Shown here piece by piece: positions 17,191 through 27,746 of a stretch of DNA of 64,000 bases. Position 1 is the first letter of the stretch, and each line of letters starts with the position of its first letter. The translations under genes were made by a program, and so were the position numbers. The notes under the pieces are model-generated. The model had not been told where the DNA came from and ran no database searches. It saw only the letters and a program-made list of their open reading frames with translations. Location of the stretch: assembly GCA_030695415.1 (NCBI GenBank), contig JAUYQZ010000014.1, forward strand, positions 19,965-83,964. Direction: 5' to 3'. This DNA comes from Hylemonella sp. (lineage in GTDB: Bacteria > Pseudomonadota > Gammaproteobacteria > Burkholderiales > Burkholderiaceae_C).

Positions 17191-20100
17191 ATGTGGTTCA
17201 CCCGCGTCAGTCTCCAGAACCCGGTTTTCGCCACCATGGTCATGCTGGCCTTCGTGGTGCTGGGCCTGTTTTCCTACCAGCGCCTGCAGGTCGACCAGTT
17301 CCCCAATGTCGACTTCCCGGTGGTGGTGATCAGCACCGAATACCCGGGTGCGGCACCCGAGATCGTGGAGAGCGAAGTCACCAAGAAGGTCGAGGAAGGC
17401 GTCAACTCCATCGCCGGCATCAATGCCCTGACCTCGCGCAGCTATGAGAACCAGTCACTGGTGATCATCGAGTTTCAGCTCCACATCGATGGCCGCAAGG
17501 CCGCCGAGGACGTGCGCGAGAAAGTGGCAGCCATCCGCCCCAGCCTGCGCACCGAGGTCAAGGAGCCGCGCGTGCTGCGCTTCGACCCCGCCAGCCGCGC
17601 CATCTGGTCGCTGGCCGTCTTACCCGACCCGACCGCGGGCAAGGAGCCGGGCAGCGCAGCGGGAAGCGGGGCGGCTCCATCCGCCGTCGAGCTGACCAGC
17701 TGGGCCGACCAGGTACTCAAGAAACGGCTGGAAAACGTGCGCGGCGTCGGCGCCGTGACGCTGGTGGGCGCGACCAAACGCGAGATCAACATCTACCTGC
17801 GCCCCGAAGCGCTGGAAGCCTACGGCATCACGCCCGAGCAGGTGGTCGCCGCCGTCCGGAGCGAAAACCAGGAGCTGCCGGTGGGCGCGGTGCGCTCCAG
17901 CGCGCAGGAACTGGTGGTGCAGATCGACGCACGCATGCAACGCCCCGAGGACTTCGGTCGCATCATCGTGGCGCGCAAGGGCGGCTCCCCGATCCGTCTG
18001 GCCCAGCTGGCCACGGTGCAGGACGGCCCGCAGGAGGTCGAGACCCTGGCCCTGCATAACGGCCAGCGCACGCTGCTGATGTCGGTGCAGAAGGCGCAGG
18101 ACGAGAACACCATCGCCGTCATCGACGGTCTGACGCGCGCCGTGGCCGACTTGAAGAACCAGCTGCCGCCAGGCGTGCGGCTGGAGCCCATCTTCGACGG
18201 CTCGCGCCCGATCCGCGTGGCCGTGGACAACGTGCGCCGCACCCTGATCGAAGGCGCCCTGCTGACGGTGCTGATCGTCTTCCTCTTCCTGAACTCCTGG
18301 CGCTCGACCGTCATCACGGGCCTGACGCTGCCGATCTCGCTGATCGGTACCTTTCTCTTCATGTACTGGTTCGGCTTCACCATCAACATGATCACGCTGA
18401 TGGCCCTCTCGCTGTGCGTGGGCCTGCTGATCGACGATGCCATCGTGGTGCGCGAGAACATCGTGCGCCACGTCCAGATGGGCAAGAAGCCCTACGAGGC
18501 CTCGCTGGAGGGCACCCAGGAGATCGGCCTGGCCGTGCTGGCCACCACCCTCTCCATCGTGGCGGTGTTCCTGCCCATCGGCTTCATGGGCGGCATCATC
18601 GGCAAGTTCTTCCACGAGTTCGGCATCACCATCGTGGCGGCGGTGCTGATCTCGATGTTCGTGAGCTTCACGCTGGACCCCATGCTGTCGTCGCTGTGGC
18701 ATGACCCCAGCATCCACGCCGACGGCCAGAAGACCGAGCCCCGCAACCTCTACGACAAGACCATCGGCCGCGTGACCGGCTGGTTCGACCGCGGCACGGA
18801 TCGCCTGGCCGAGAGCTACCAGAACATCCTGCGCTGGTCGCTGGTGCACAAGCTGGCCACGCTGGCCATCGCCATCGCCATCTTCGTGCTCAGCATCGTG
18901 ATGGTGCCGCTGCTGGGCACCGAGTTCGTGCCCAAGGCCGACTTCTCGGAAACCACGGTCAGCTTCTACACCCCGGTGGGCTCCTCCATCGAGGCCACCG
19001 AGACCAAGGCGCGCCAGGTGCAGGACATCCTGCGCTCGTTCCCCGAAGTGCGCTACTCGCTGGCCACGCTCAATACCGGCAATGCGCTGGGCAAGAACTA
19101 CGCCAGCGTCTACGTCCGTCTGGTGGACCGCAAGGACCGGCAACGCAACGTGGACCAGATGTCGGCAGCGCTGCGCGAGCGACTGCGTCAGGTGCCGGGC
19201 ATGACCGTTACGCACGTGGGCCTGCTCGACCCGGTGGGCGGGCAGAAGCAGATCGAGTTCTCGCTGCAGGGCAACGACCTGCAGGAACTGGAGCGTCTCA
19301 GCCTGCTGGTCATGGAGAAGGTGCGCGACGTTCCCGGCCTGGTCGACCTGGACTCCAGCGTCAAGCCGGGCAAGCCGACCATCGCCGTGCAGGTCAGGCG
19401 GGACGCTGCCGCCGACCTGGGCCTCAACGTGAACCAGATCGCCACCTCGCTGCGCACCCTGGTGGCCGGGCAGACCGTGGGCAACTGGCGCGCCAGCGAC
19501 GACCAGACCTACGACGTCAACGTGCGCCTGGCGCCCGAAGCCCGCAACAGCATGGGCGACCTGGAGCGCCTGCCCTTTGCGATGGGCAGCAATGCCGATG
19601 GCAGCTCGCGTGTGGTGCGCCTGAACCAGGTGGCCACGCTGGCCGAGGACACCGGCTCCAACCAGATCAACCGGCGCGACCTGATGCGCGAGGTGGCCAT
19701 CAATGCCAACGTCTACAACCGCTCGGCCGGGGAGATCTCGGCCGACATCCGCAAGGCGCTGGACAGCGTCGCCTTCCCGCCGGGCTACCGTTACCAGTTC
19801 GGCGGCTCGACCAAGAACATGCAGGAATCCTTCGGCTACGCGATCTCCGCCCTGGTCATGGCTGTCATCTTCATCTACATGATCCTGGCCAGCCAGTTCA
19901 AGAGCTTCTTCCAGCCCCTGGCCTTGATGACCTCGCTGCCGCTCACGCTGATCGGCGTGGTGCTGGCCCTGCTGATGTTCCGCTCCACCCTCTCGATGTT
20001 CTCCATCATCGGGGTGGTCATGCTCATGGGTCTGGTGACCAAGAACGCCATCCTGCTGGTGGACTTCGCGATCCGCGCCAGGGAGGAAGGCATGGAGCGC

Positions 20101-20355
20101 GCCGAGGCCCTGCTGATGGCCGCCAAGGTGCGGCTGCGCCCCATTCTCATGACCACCCTGGCCATGATCTTCGGCATGGTGCCGCTGGCCTTCGCCCTGA
20201 CCGAGGGCTCCGAACAGCGCGCCCCCATGGGCCAGGCCGTGATCGGCGGCGTCATCACCTCCTCCCTGCTGACGCTGGTGGTGGTGCCTGTGGTCTACTG
20301 CTATATGGACGACTTCAGCCAGTGGCTGGGCCGGCGCTGGCGCGGCGAAAAGTGA
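17191..20355 (+). CDS. RND efflux transporter permease (AcrB/AcrD/AcrF family)
   Basis: 1054 aa; [27 protein letters not shown] and RLRPILMTT motifs. Confidence 0.95.
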   Translation: MWFTRVSLQNPVFATMVMLAFVVLGLFSYQRLQVDQFPNVDFPVVVISTEYPGAAPEIVESEVTKKVEEGVNSIAGINALTSRSYENQSLVIIEFQLHIDGRKAAEDVREKVAAIRPSLRTEVKEPRVLRFDPASRAIWSLAVLPDPTAGKEPGSAAGSGAAPSAVELTSWADQVLKKRLENVRGVGAVTLVGATKREINIYLRPEALEAYGITPEQVVAAVRSENQELPVGAVRSSAQELVVQIDARMQRPEDFGRIIVARKGGSPIRLAQLATVQDGPQEVETLALHNGQRTLLMSVQKAQDENTIAVIDGLTRAVADLKNQLPPGVRLEPIFDGSRPIRVAVDNVRRTLIEGALLTVLIVFLFLNSWRSTVITGLTLPISLIGTFLFMYWFGFTINMITLMALSLCVGLLIDDAIVVRENIVRHVQMGKKPYEASLEGTQEIGLAVLATTLSIVAVFLPIGFMGGIIGKFFHEFGITIVAAVLISMFVSFTLDPMLSSLWHDPSIHADGQKTEPRNLYDKTIGRVTGWFDRGTDRLAESYQNILRWSLVHKLATLAIAIAIFVLSIVMVPLLGTEFVPKADFSETTVSFYTPVGSSIEATETKARQVQDILRSFPEVRYSLATLNTGNALGKNYASVYVRLVDRKDRQRNVDQMSAALRERLRQVPGMTVTHVGLLDPVGGQKQIEFSLQGNDLQELERLSLLVMEKVRDVPGLVDLDSSVKPGKPTIAVQVRRDAAADLGLNVNQIATSLRTLVAGQTVGNWRASDDQTYDVNVRLAPEARNSMGDLERLPFAMGSNADGSSRVVRLNQVATLAEDTGSNQINRRDLMREVAINANVYNRSAGEISADIRKALDSVAFPPGYRYQFGGSTKNMQESFGYAISALVMAVIFIYMILASQFKSFFQPLALMTSLPLTLIGVVLALLMFRSTLSMFSIIGVVMLMGLVTKNAILLVDFAIRAREEGMERAEALLMAAKVRLRPILMTTLAMIFGMVPLAFALTEGSEQRAPMGQAVIGGVITSSLLTLVVVPVVYCYMDDFSQWLGRRWRGEK

Positions 20356-20408
20356 GCGCCAAGTAAAATTCCCCAGGATCCCCTACAATACCCCGTGGAG
20401 TATAAGAA

Positions 20409-21074
20409 ATGAACGTCGAACAAGCCCGCTTCAACATGATCGAGCAGCAGATCCGACCCTGGAACGTGCTCGATGCCGGGGTGCTGGACCTGCTCGCACA
20501 GGTGCGCCGCGAGGACTTCGTGCCCGCTGCCCACAAGGCCCTGGCATTCGCCGACATGGAGTTGCCCCTGCGCGCTGGCGGCGAGAGCGGTCAGTGCATG
20601 CTGGCGCCCAAGGTCGAGGCCCGCATGCTGCAGGACCTGGCCATTCAAAAGCACGAGCGGGTGCTGGAGATCGGCACCGGATCCGGTTACATGGCGGCCC
20701 TGCTGGCGCGGCGCGCCCAGCGCGTGATCTCGCTGGACATCGAACCCGAGCTCGTGAAGCTGGCGCGCGCCAACCTGCAGCAGGCCGGCATCTCCAACGT
20801 GGACGTGCGCGAAGCCGATGGCGCCAAGGGCGTGCCGGTGGAGGGGCCCTTCGATGCCATCGTGCTCAGCGGCTCCGTCGCTGAAGTGCCGCACAAGCTG
20901 CTGGAGCAGCTCAAGACCGGTGGGCGCCTGATGACCATCGTGGGCGACGCACCCGTCATGCGCGCCACCCTGATCACCCGCACCAGCGCCGTCGAGTACC
21001 TGACCAGCCAGGGCTGGGACACGCTGGCGCCGCGCCTGCTGAACTTCCCTGAGCATTCCCGCTTCAACTTCTGA
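20409..21074 (+). CDS. pcm: Protein-L-isoaspartate O-methyltransferase
   Basis: ARFNMIEQQIRPW, VLEIGTGSGY and GPFDAI motifs. Confidence 0.9.
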   Translation: MNVEQARFNMIEQQIRPWNVLDAGVLDLLAQVRREDFVPAAHKALAFADMELPLRAGGESGQCMLAPKVEARMLQDLAIQKHERVLEIGTGSGYMAALLARRAQRVISLDIEPELVKLARANLQQAGISNVDVREADGAKGVPVEGPFDAIVLSGSVAEVPHKLLEQLKTGGRLMTIVGDAPVMRATLITRTSAVEYLTSQGWDTLAPRLLNFPEHSRFNF

Positions 21075-21097
21075 GGCCCCCGCTGGTAGAGAGCACC

Positions 21098-21442
21098 ATG
21101 ATCGAACACATCCACCCCGGAGATCTCAAGGACTGGATCGCCAAGGCCCAGGCCCATGGCCGCCCGCTCGTGCTGGACGTGCGCGAGCCGTCCGAGTTGC
21201 AGCAGGCCCGCATCAAGCCGGAAGCGGACTATGACCTGGTCGCCATCCCCATGGGGGTGATTCCGCCGCGGCTCAATGAACTCGACCCCACGCGCCCGGT
21301 CGCCTGCCTGTGTCACCACGGCGGGCGCAGCATGCGCGTGGCCCAGTTCCTTGAATACCAGGGTTTCCAGCACGTGGCCAACATCAGCGGCGGCATCAAT
21401 GCATGGTCCATGCAGCTCGACCCGACCGTGCCGCGCTACTGA
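21098..21442 (+). CDS. Rhodanese-like sulfurtransferase
   Basis: LDVREP, CHHGGRS and GGINAWS motifs. Confidence 0.88.
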   Translation: MIEHIHPGDLKDWIAKAQAHGRPLVLDVREPSELQQARIKPEADYDLVAIPMGVIPPRLNELDPTRPVACLCHHGGRSMRVAQFLEYQGFQHVANISGGINAWSMQLDPTVPRY

Positions 21443-21474
21443 TTTTCAGTCTACCCCCCGGAGTACCCGTCACC

Positions 21475-22848
21475 ATGAAAACCTACCGTCTGCTCCCCCT
21501 GACCCTGGCCATCGGCGCGGCCCTGGCCCTGCCGGTGCGCGCCCAGAGCCTGCTGGAACTCTACGATGCGGCACGCGGGCATGATGCGGCCTACCAAGCC
21601 GCCAAGTCGCAGTACGAAGCCAACCGCTACAAGGCCGACCAGGCCAAGGCCGCCCTGCTGCCCACGGTGAACTTCACCGCTGGCGCCTCCAGCACACAGC
21701 TGCGCACCGAAGCCAGCGGCGGCACGAGCGACCGAAGCTTCGACAACCAGAACGTCGGCGTCAATGCCACCCAGCCGCTGTACCGTGCCGCCAACTTCGC
21801 CAGCTACCAGCAGGGCACGCGCCAGGCCGATCTGGCCGAAGCCCAGTTGCTCACGGCCGAACAGGACCTGATCGTGCGCGTCAGCCAGGCCTACTTCGAC
21901 GTGCTGGCCTCGCAGGACAGCCTGGCCTTTGTGCAGGCCCAGAAGACCGCCGTGGCCGAGCAGCTGGCCTCGGCCCGCCGCAACTTCGAGGTCGGCACCG
22001 CGACCATCACCGACACGCGCGAGGCGCAGGCGCGCTTCGACCTGGTCACGGCCCAGGAAATCGCCGCTGACAACGACCTGCGGGTCAAGAAGCTGGCCCT
22101 GAACCAGCTGGTCGGCAAGGCCGACACTGCACCGCACCCGCTCGCCCCGGCCACGGCCCTGCCTGCGCTGCTGCCCGATGACCTGAACATCTGGGTACAG
22201 CAAAGCCAGGACCAGCACCCCGCCATCCGCCAGGCGCGCCTCGCGGTGGAAGTGGCCACGCTGGAGAGCGAAAAGGCCATGGCCGGCCACAAGCCCACGC
22301 TGGACCTGACAGCCAGCCATAACGTGAACCGCAACGTCGGCGGCACGGCCTTCTCGGCCACCGACACACGCACGCACAACACGACCGTGGGTGTGCAATT
22401 CGTCCTGCCGCTCTTCGCCGGTTTCGCCACGCAGAACCGCCTGCGCGAAACCCTGGCCCTGGAAGACAAGGCCCGTGCCGACCTGGATGCCGCCCAGCGC
22501 AATGTGGCCCAAGCCACCCGCGCCTCCTACTTTGGCGTGGTCTCGGGCCTGGGCCAGGTCAAGGCGCTGGAAGCGGCCGAGACCTCCAGCCAGAGCGCGC
22601 TGGACGCCAACAAGCTGGGCTACCAGGTCGGCGTGCGCATCAACATCGATGTGCTGAATTCGCAAAGCCAGCTCTTCGACACCAAGGCCAAGCTGGCCAA
22701 GGCCCGCTACGACATGCTGTTGGGTGGGCTCAAGCTGCGCCAGGCCAGTGGCACGCTCAAGAGCGAGGATCTGCAGAGCGTGAATGCCCTGCTGGCACCC
22801 GCCCCCGCGGTGCCGGTCAGCCCCGCTCCGGCCACTCAGCCCAAATAA
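21475..22848 (+). CDS. tolC: TolC family outer membrane protein
   Basis: Signal peptide; QSLLELY, VSQAYFDVL, FEVGTATITD and GYQVGVRINIDVLN motifs; conserved pcm-rhodanese-tolC order. Confidence 0.9.
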   Translation: MKTYRLLPLTLAIGAALALPVRAQSLLELYDAARGHDAAYQAAKSQYEANRYKADQAKAALLPTVNFTAGASSTQLRTEASGGTSDRSFDNQNVGVNATQPLYRAANFASYQQGTRQADLAEAQLLTAEQDLIVRVSQAYFDVLASQDSLAFVQAQKTAVAEQLASARRNFEVGTATITDTREAQARFDLVTAQEIAADNDLRVKKLALNQLVGKADTAPHPLAPATALPALLPDDLNIWVQQSQDQHPAIRQARLAVEVATLESEKAMAGHKPTLDLTASHNVNRNVGGTAFSATDTRTHNTTVGVQFVLPLFAGFATQNRLRETLALEDKARADLDAAQRNVAQATRASYFGVVSGLGQVKALEAAETSSQSALDANKLGYQVGVRINIDVLNSQSQLFDTKAKLAKARYDMLLGGLKLRQASGTLKSEDLQSVNALLAPAPAVPVSPAPATQPK

Positions 22849-24110
22849 GCTGCCAGAGCGTCCCGAGTGCGCAGCGCGGCGCCTCGGTGCGCCTTGGCGA
22901 AGCGGCCCGCCTCGCGCGCCATGGCCTGCTGCCGGCCAGGCACCCGCACCAGACGCTGGGCCGCGATGACGGCGGACGACAGGTCAGGGCATCGCTGCGC
23001 AGCGCCGGCCTCCTGCGCCAGAGTGGCCGCTTCGTCGAAATTGAAGGTGTGCGGCCCCATGAAGACCGGGCAGCCACAAGCGGCGGCTTCGATCAGGTTC
23101 TGCCCACCCAGGGGCGCAAAGCTGCCCCCCAGCAGGGCCGCATCACTCAAACCGTAATAGAGCGCCATCTCCCCCAGCGTATCGCCCAGCCAGACATCGG
23201 CTGACATCTCGACCAGGGTGGGGGCGCTGTCCCACTGGCTGCGACGCGCCAGGCTGAATCCGTGACGCGTGATCAGTTCGGCCACCTCATCGAAACGCTG
23301 CGGATGCCGCGGCACGATCAGCCACTGGACATCACGCACGGCGTCTGGGGCCTGACGCAGGCAGTCCAGCAACTCGGCCTCCTCGCCTTCGCGCGAACTG
23401 GCAAACATGATGACCGGCCGGCCCAGCGCCAGGCGCCAGGCCTGGCCGCGTGTCATCTGCGCTGCATCGGGCGTGGCATCGAACTTCAGGTTACCAAAGA
23501 CCCCCTGCACCGGCGCGCCAATGGCCGCCAGGCGCGTGGCGTCATCCTGCGTCTGGGCCCACACGGCAGCCAGACTGCGGTAGGCCGGCAGGGAAAGCCA
23601 GGCCAGCCTTCTCGCCTGGCGCAGCGACTTTTCGCTCAAACGCGCATTGGCCAGCACCAGCGGCACGCCGGCGCGCGCGCAGCCCGCGGCCAGATTGGGC
23701 CAGACCTCGGTCTCCAGCAGGATGCCCAGGCGCGGATGGAAGTGATCAAGAAAACGTTGCACGGCCTCGGGCGTATCCCAGGGCTGCCACACCTGCACAT
23801 CCCCATCGCGCAGCAGGCCGGCACCTTCCGCCCGGCCCGTGGCCGTGCCGTGCGTGAGCAAGAGGCGATAGGCTGGCCACTGTTCGCGCAGCGTGGCCAG
23901 CAACACGGCCGCCGCCCGCGTCTCGCCCAGCGACACGGCATGCACCCAGAGCGTACGCCCGTCGTCCGGCAGGGCCGGCAGGGCGTACTGCCCAAAGCGC
24001 TCCTCCACCGCCACCAGATAGCCCGGCTCCTGACGGCCGCGGCGCATCAGCTTGCGCCGGACCAGGGGTTGCACCAGCCACGTCAGAAACGCATAGAGCA
24101 AGCGCACCAT
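22836..24110 (-). CDS. waaA: 3-deoxy-D-manno-octulosonic acid (Kdo) transferase
   Basis: WVHAVSLGE, ETEVWPN, NARLS, GNLKFD, VPRHPQRF, GDTLGEM and GGQNLIEA motifs; start coupled to the waaC stop. Confidence 0.93.
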   Translation of the reverse strand: MVRLLYAFLTWLVQPLVRRKLMRRGRQEPGYLVAVEERFGQYALPALPDDGRTLWVHAVSLGETRAAAVLLATLREQWPAYRLLLTHGTATGRAEGAGLLRDGDVQVWQPWDTPEAVQRFLDHFHPRLGILLETEVWPNLAAGCARAGVPLVLANARLSEKSLRQARRLAWLSLPAYRSLAAVWAQTQDDATRLAAIGAPVQGVFGNLKFDATPDAAQMTRGQAWRLALGRPVIMFASSREGEEAELLDCLRQAPDAVRDVQWLIVPRHPQRFDEVAELITRHGFSLARRSQWDSAPTLVEMSADVWLGDTLGEMALYYGLSDAALLGGSFAPLGGQNLIEAAACGCPVFMGPHTFNFDEAATLAQEAGAAQRCPDLSSAVIAAQRLVRVPGRQQAMAREAGRFAKAHRGAALRTRDALAAYLG

Positions 24111-25123
24111 CAGTCGGGCCCAAGAGACGGCTGGACCTGGGTCCAGGCCTGCCATACGGCTTCCACCGTCGGTTCGGCTTGCGCATAGACGCTGCGCTGG
24201 CGCGTGCGGCCGATGGGGCCGGTACGCCAGGCGGTGTCGAAGTTGTAGATCTGCACATGCGGCAAATCGAGCGCCACGGCGATATGGCTCAGCCCGCTGT
24301 CGACGCCGATCACGCCGGCACAGCCGGCCAGGGCGTCGGTCAGGGCATCCAGAGCCAGACGCGGCCAGACCACAGCATGGGACATCTCGCGCGCCAGGGC
24401 CTCGCTGCGTCGCTGCTCGTCGTCGGTGCCGTGCAGCAGGGCCACGGAAAACCCGGCGGCATCGAGCCGGTGCGCCAGCGCCCGCCAGCTCGCCAGCGGC
24501 CACTGTTTGTCCGCGCGGGAACTGCCATGCACGAAAGCCACGCAGGGGCGCATGGGTGGGATACCAGGTGCTATATTTTCAGGAGCAACCACGACCGGCG
24601 CCGGATAGGACAGGAGTCCGTAAATCTCTTGCGCAGGCAGGGCATAGCCCAAAGCGCGTGCACAGAGTTCGCGCGAACGCTGCACCGCATGGACATGCGG
24701 CTCGATGCGCAGGGCCTGATGCGCCACCCAGCGCGTGGGCGCCTCGTAGCCCGAACCCTCCGTGCGGTTGGCCAGGGCATAGCGCCGGCCAACTGGTGCC
24801 AGACGCGCCAGCCAGGCGACCAGGGCCGACTTGGTCAGGCCCTGCAAATCGATGACCGCGTCGTAGGCCTCGCGCTGCAGTTCGACCTTGAAGGCACGCC
24901 ACGCGGCGCGGGTGCTCGCCGCGAAAGGCGCCTTGCGCCAGCGGCGCAGCTCGCAGGGAATGACGCGGCGCACGCCGGCACAACGCTGCACCAGCGGCGC
25001 AAAGCTTTTCTCGACCACCCAGTCGATCTGCGCCTGCGGCAATGCGCGCCGGATGTCCTGCACGGCTGGCATGGTGTGCACCACGTCACCCAGTGAAGAC
25101 AGCTTGACGATCAGGATCTTCAA
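24110..25123 (-). CDS. waaC: Lipopolysaccharide heptosyltransferase I
   Basis: TTG start, KILIVKLSSLGDVVH, DLQGLTKSA and GVDSGLSHIAVAL motifs. Confidence 0.9.
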   Translation of the reverse strand: MKILIVKLSSLGDVVHTMPAVQDIRRALPQAQIDWVVEKSFAPLVQRCAGVRRVIPCELRRWRKAPFAASTRAAWRAFKVELQREAYDAVIDLQGLTKSALVAWLARLAPVGRRYALANRTEGSGYEAPTRWVAHQALRIEPHVHAVQRSRELCARALGYALPAQEIYGLLSYPAPVVVAPENIAPGIPPMRPCVAFVHGSSRADKQWPLASWRALAHRLDAAGFSVALLHGTDDEQRRSEALAREMSHAVVWPRLALDALTDALAGCAGVIGVDSGLSHIAVALDLPHVQIYNFDTAWRTGPIGRTRQRSVYAQAEPTVEAVWQAWTQVQPSLGPD

Positions 25124-25142
25124 GAAGGAGGTCCTGCCCGGT

Positions 25143-26525
25143 TCAATGCGCAGCGTTGGCAAAAGACGCATCGGGCTTGACGCTACGCAGCAGGCTGAGC
25201 ATCTCGCCTTCAATCCGCTGCAGCGCCTCGGGCGTGTGCCCCTCGAAGCGCAGCACCAGCACGGGCGTGGTGTTGGAAGCGCGGATCAGGCCGAAGCCGT
25301 CCGGCCAGTCCACGCGCACACCGTCGATGGTGTTGACCGTGGCCGGCGCCTTGAATGAGGCCTTGGCCACCAGTTGAGCCACCAGCTGGTGGGGCTCGCC
25401 CTCGGCGCATGTCACATTGAGCTCGGGGGTGGAGTGGCTGGTCGGCAAGGCGTTGAGCACGGCACTGGCATCGGCGGAGCGGCTCAGGATCTCCAGCAGG
25501 CGGCAGGCCGCATAGGTGCCGTCGTCGAAGCCAAACCAGCGCTCCTTGAAGAAGATGTGGCCGCTCATCTCGCCGCCCAGCGGCGAATCGATTTCCTTCA
25601 TCTTCGCCTTGATCAGCGAGTGGCCGGTCTTGAACATCAGGGGCTGGCCGCCTGCGGCTTCGATCGCGGGCGCCAGCCGCTGCGAGCACTTGACGTCATA
25701 GACGATGGTGCCGCCGGGCACGCGCGAAAGCACGTCCCGGGCGAACAGCATCATCTGCCGATCGGGGTAGATGTTGATGCCGTCCTTGGTCACGATGCCC
25801 AGGCGGTCGCCGTCGCCGTCGAAGGCCAGACCCAGTTCGGCGTCGCCGCTCTGGAGCGCGGCGATCAGGTCGCGCAGGTTCTCGGGCTTGCTGGGGTCCG
25901 GATGGTGGTTGGGAAAGGTGCCGTCCACTTCACTGTGCAGCTCGGTCACCTCGCAGCCGATGGCACGCAGGATGGCCGGTGCGGAGGCGCCCGCCACGCC
26001 GTTGCCGGAGTCCACCACGATCTTCATGGGGCGCGCCAGCTTGATGTCGCCCACAATCCGGTCGCGGTAAGGCGCGTAGACATTGAGATTGCGCACCGAT
26101 CCACCCAGCTGCAGCTGCCAGGATTCAGCCTCCATGGTCCGGCGCAGGGCCTGGATCTCCTCGCCGTAGATGGCGCGCCCGGCCAGCACCATCTTGAAGC
26201 CGTTGTAGTCGGCCGGGTTGTGGCTGCCCGTGACCTGGATGCCGCTGCTGCACACGGTACTGGCGGCGAAATAGAGCATGGGCGTGGTGACCATGCCCAC
26301 ATCGATGACCTCGATGCCCGCCTCCATCAGGCCGCGGATCAGCGCGGCACTCAGGGCCGGACCGCTGAGTCGGCCGTCGCGCCCCACGGCCACGCGCGTT
26401 TCGCCGGCCTGGCGCGCAGCACTGCCGAAGGCACGTCCCAGCGCCAGGGCCAGGTTTTCATCGAGGGTAGACGGCACGATGCCGCGGATGTCATAGGCCT
26501 TGAAGATCGAGGCGGAAACTTGCAT
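25143..26525 (-). CDS. algC: Phosphomannomutase/phosphoglucomutase
   Basis: FKAYDIRG, TGSHNP, FDGDGDR and GEMSGH motifs. Confidence 0.93.
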   Translation of the reverse strand: MQVSASIFKAYDIRGIVPSTLDENLALALGRAFGSAARQAGETRVAVGRDGRLSGPALSAALIRGLMEAGIEVIDVGMVTTPMLYFAASTVCSSGIQVTGSHNPADYNGFKMVLAGRAIYGEEIQALRRTMEAESWQLQLGGSVRNLNVYAPYRDRIVGDIKLARPMKIVVDSGNGVAGASAPAILRAIGCEVTELHSEVDGTFPNHHPDPSKPENLRDLIAALQSGDAELGLAFDGDGDRLGIVTKDGINIYPDRQMMLFARDVLSRVPGGTIVYDVKCSQRLAPAIEAAGGQPLMFKTGHSLIKAKMKEIDSPLGGEMSGHIFFKERWFGFDDGTYAACRLLEILSRSADASAVLNALPTSHSTPELNVTCAEGEPHQLVAQLVAKASFKAPATVNTIDGVRVDWPDGFGLIRASNTTPVLVLRFEGHTPEALQRIEGEMLSLLRSVKPDASFANAAH

Positions 26526-26649
26526 GGTCACTCAAGAGGTACAGGTCGGGCGTCCCCTCGAAAAGGGGGCGGGCGCAGGTGGGCCATTGTAGGCGCCCAG
26601 GGGGGAGCGGACGCGATAATGGCGGCTGCCTGTCTCCCGGCGCCAGCCC

Positions 26650-26811
26650 ATGAATTCAGCCCGCAAGACCAAGTTCAAAGTCAAACAGCACAAGCCGCGC
26701 AACCCCCTGGTGGCGCCGGCTTTGCAGCGCAAGGCGGGCTCGCACCGCAAGTCGCACAAGAGCGAGCGCCAGGCTCAGCAACGGGGGCTGAAGCGCGAAC
26801 TGACCGCCTGA
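26650..26811 (+). CDS. Small basic hypothetical protein (53 aa)
   Basis: Below the ORF-track cutoff. MNSARKTKFKVKQHKPRNPLVAPALQRKAGSHRKSHKSERQAQQRGLKRELTA*; GC3-rich codons; fills the gap; GATAAT -10-like element upstream. Confidence 0.65.
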   Translation: MNSARKTKFKVKQHKPRNPLVAPALQRKAGSHRKSHKSERQAQQRGLKRELTA

Positions 26812-26819
26812 GAGCGCCC

Positions 26820-27731
26820 TCACAGCATGGGCGGCTGTTGCCACCACCAGGCCAGCCAACCCAGGGCGGCAAAAAAGACGAGCAGCTGGCCTGCTGCCAT
26901 CCAGAGAAAACGCCGGGCCAGCTTGTCGGGTTCGTGGTTGCTGATGAGGTAGAGACTGGAAGGCGCCCCCTCGACCAGATGCAGCTCGGGCTGGCGCCGC
27001 AGTTCGCGATGTCTCATCTCCACCTCGCCGCGCGCCAGGCGACGGGCCAGCTCCCACTCGCGTTCATCCACCTCACCGTCGTGGTTGAGGTCAAAGCGTT
27101 TGAGCAGGCCGGGCCGGTCCTGCTTCCATCCGGCCAGCAGCTCGCGCACATCGCCCCCGGCATCCAGACCCTGATGCGGATGGCGGGTCAGAAAATTGCC
27201 AAGCACGTAAATGGAGTCCTGCTGCCGCAAGGTCCATTCCACGTAACGGTAGTCGCCACTGCTCCAGCGCTTGGCGTGCCGTGTCACGATCTCGGCTCCG
27301 TCCGGATCGACCAGGCACTGGCCACTGCCATCATCAAGAACAAAACTCGCCTGGCTCTGCGCCTGCTCGACCAGTTCCCACTTGTCGTCGCTGGTCTTGT
27401 GCTCGACCTGGTAGCGGTACCAGAGGCAGGCCGCGCCGCTCAGCGGTGAGTGCAGGGGGTTCACATCCAGGGGCCGGCCAATACCTTGCAGCTCCACATA
27501 ACCCTGGGCCGCACTGGCGATGCGCGAGGTCGGCATACCTGTGATCGCACGGCGTCGGCGCAGCGCCACCACCCAGCCCAGCAGGGCCAGCAGCACCATG
27601 CCGGCCAGTGCGCCCAGCCAGACCTCGCGCCGTGAGGTCTTGAAGCCCACGACCAGCAATATGAATTGCACAAAGGCGATGCCGGCGTGCAGCGAACCCA
27701 GCCCGCGACGGAAGGAAAGATGCCAGGTCAT
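26820..27731 (-). CDS. Membrane protein, GIDE-like domain with an EF-hand motif
   Basis: N- and C-terminal TM segments; PTSRIASAAQGYVELQG, CLWYRY and LDDGSG.CLVDP.GAE motifs; DLNHDGEVDERE; downstream of lemA. Confidence 0.7.
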   Translation of the reverse strand: MTWHLSFRRGLGSLHAGIAFVQFILLVVGFKTSRREVWLGALAGMVLLALLGWVVALRRRRAITGMPTSRIASAAQGYVELQGIGRPLDVNPLHSPLSGAACLWYRYQVEHKTSDDKWELVEQAQSQASFVLDDGSGQCLVDPDGAEIVTRHAKRWSSGDYRYVEWTLRQQDSIYVLGNFLTRHPHQGLDAGGDVRELLAGWKQDRPGLLKRFDLNHDGEVDEREWELARRLARGEVEMRHRELRRQPELHLVEGAPSSLYLISNHEPDKLARRFLWMAAGQLLVFFAALGWLAWWWQQPPML

Positions 27732-27746
27732 GGCGACCCGCCGCGT

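Noticed and set aside
22836-22848. 13-nt convergent overlap of the tolC and waaA 3' ends
   Set aside because: Short tail-to-tail overlaps are common, and both proteins look complete.
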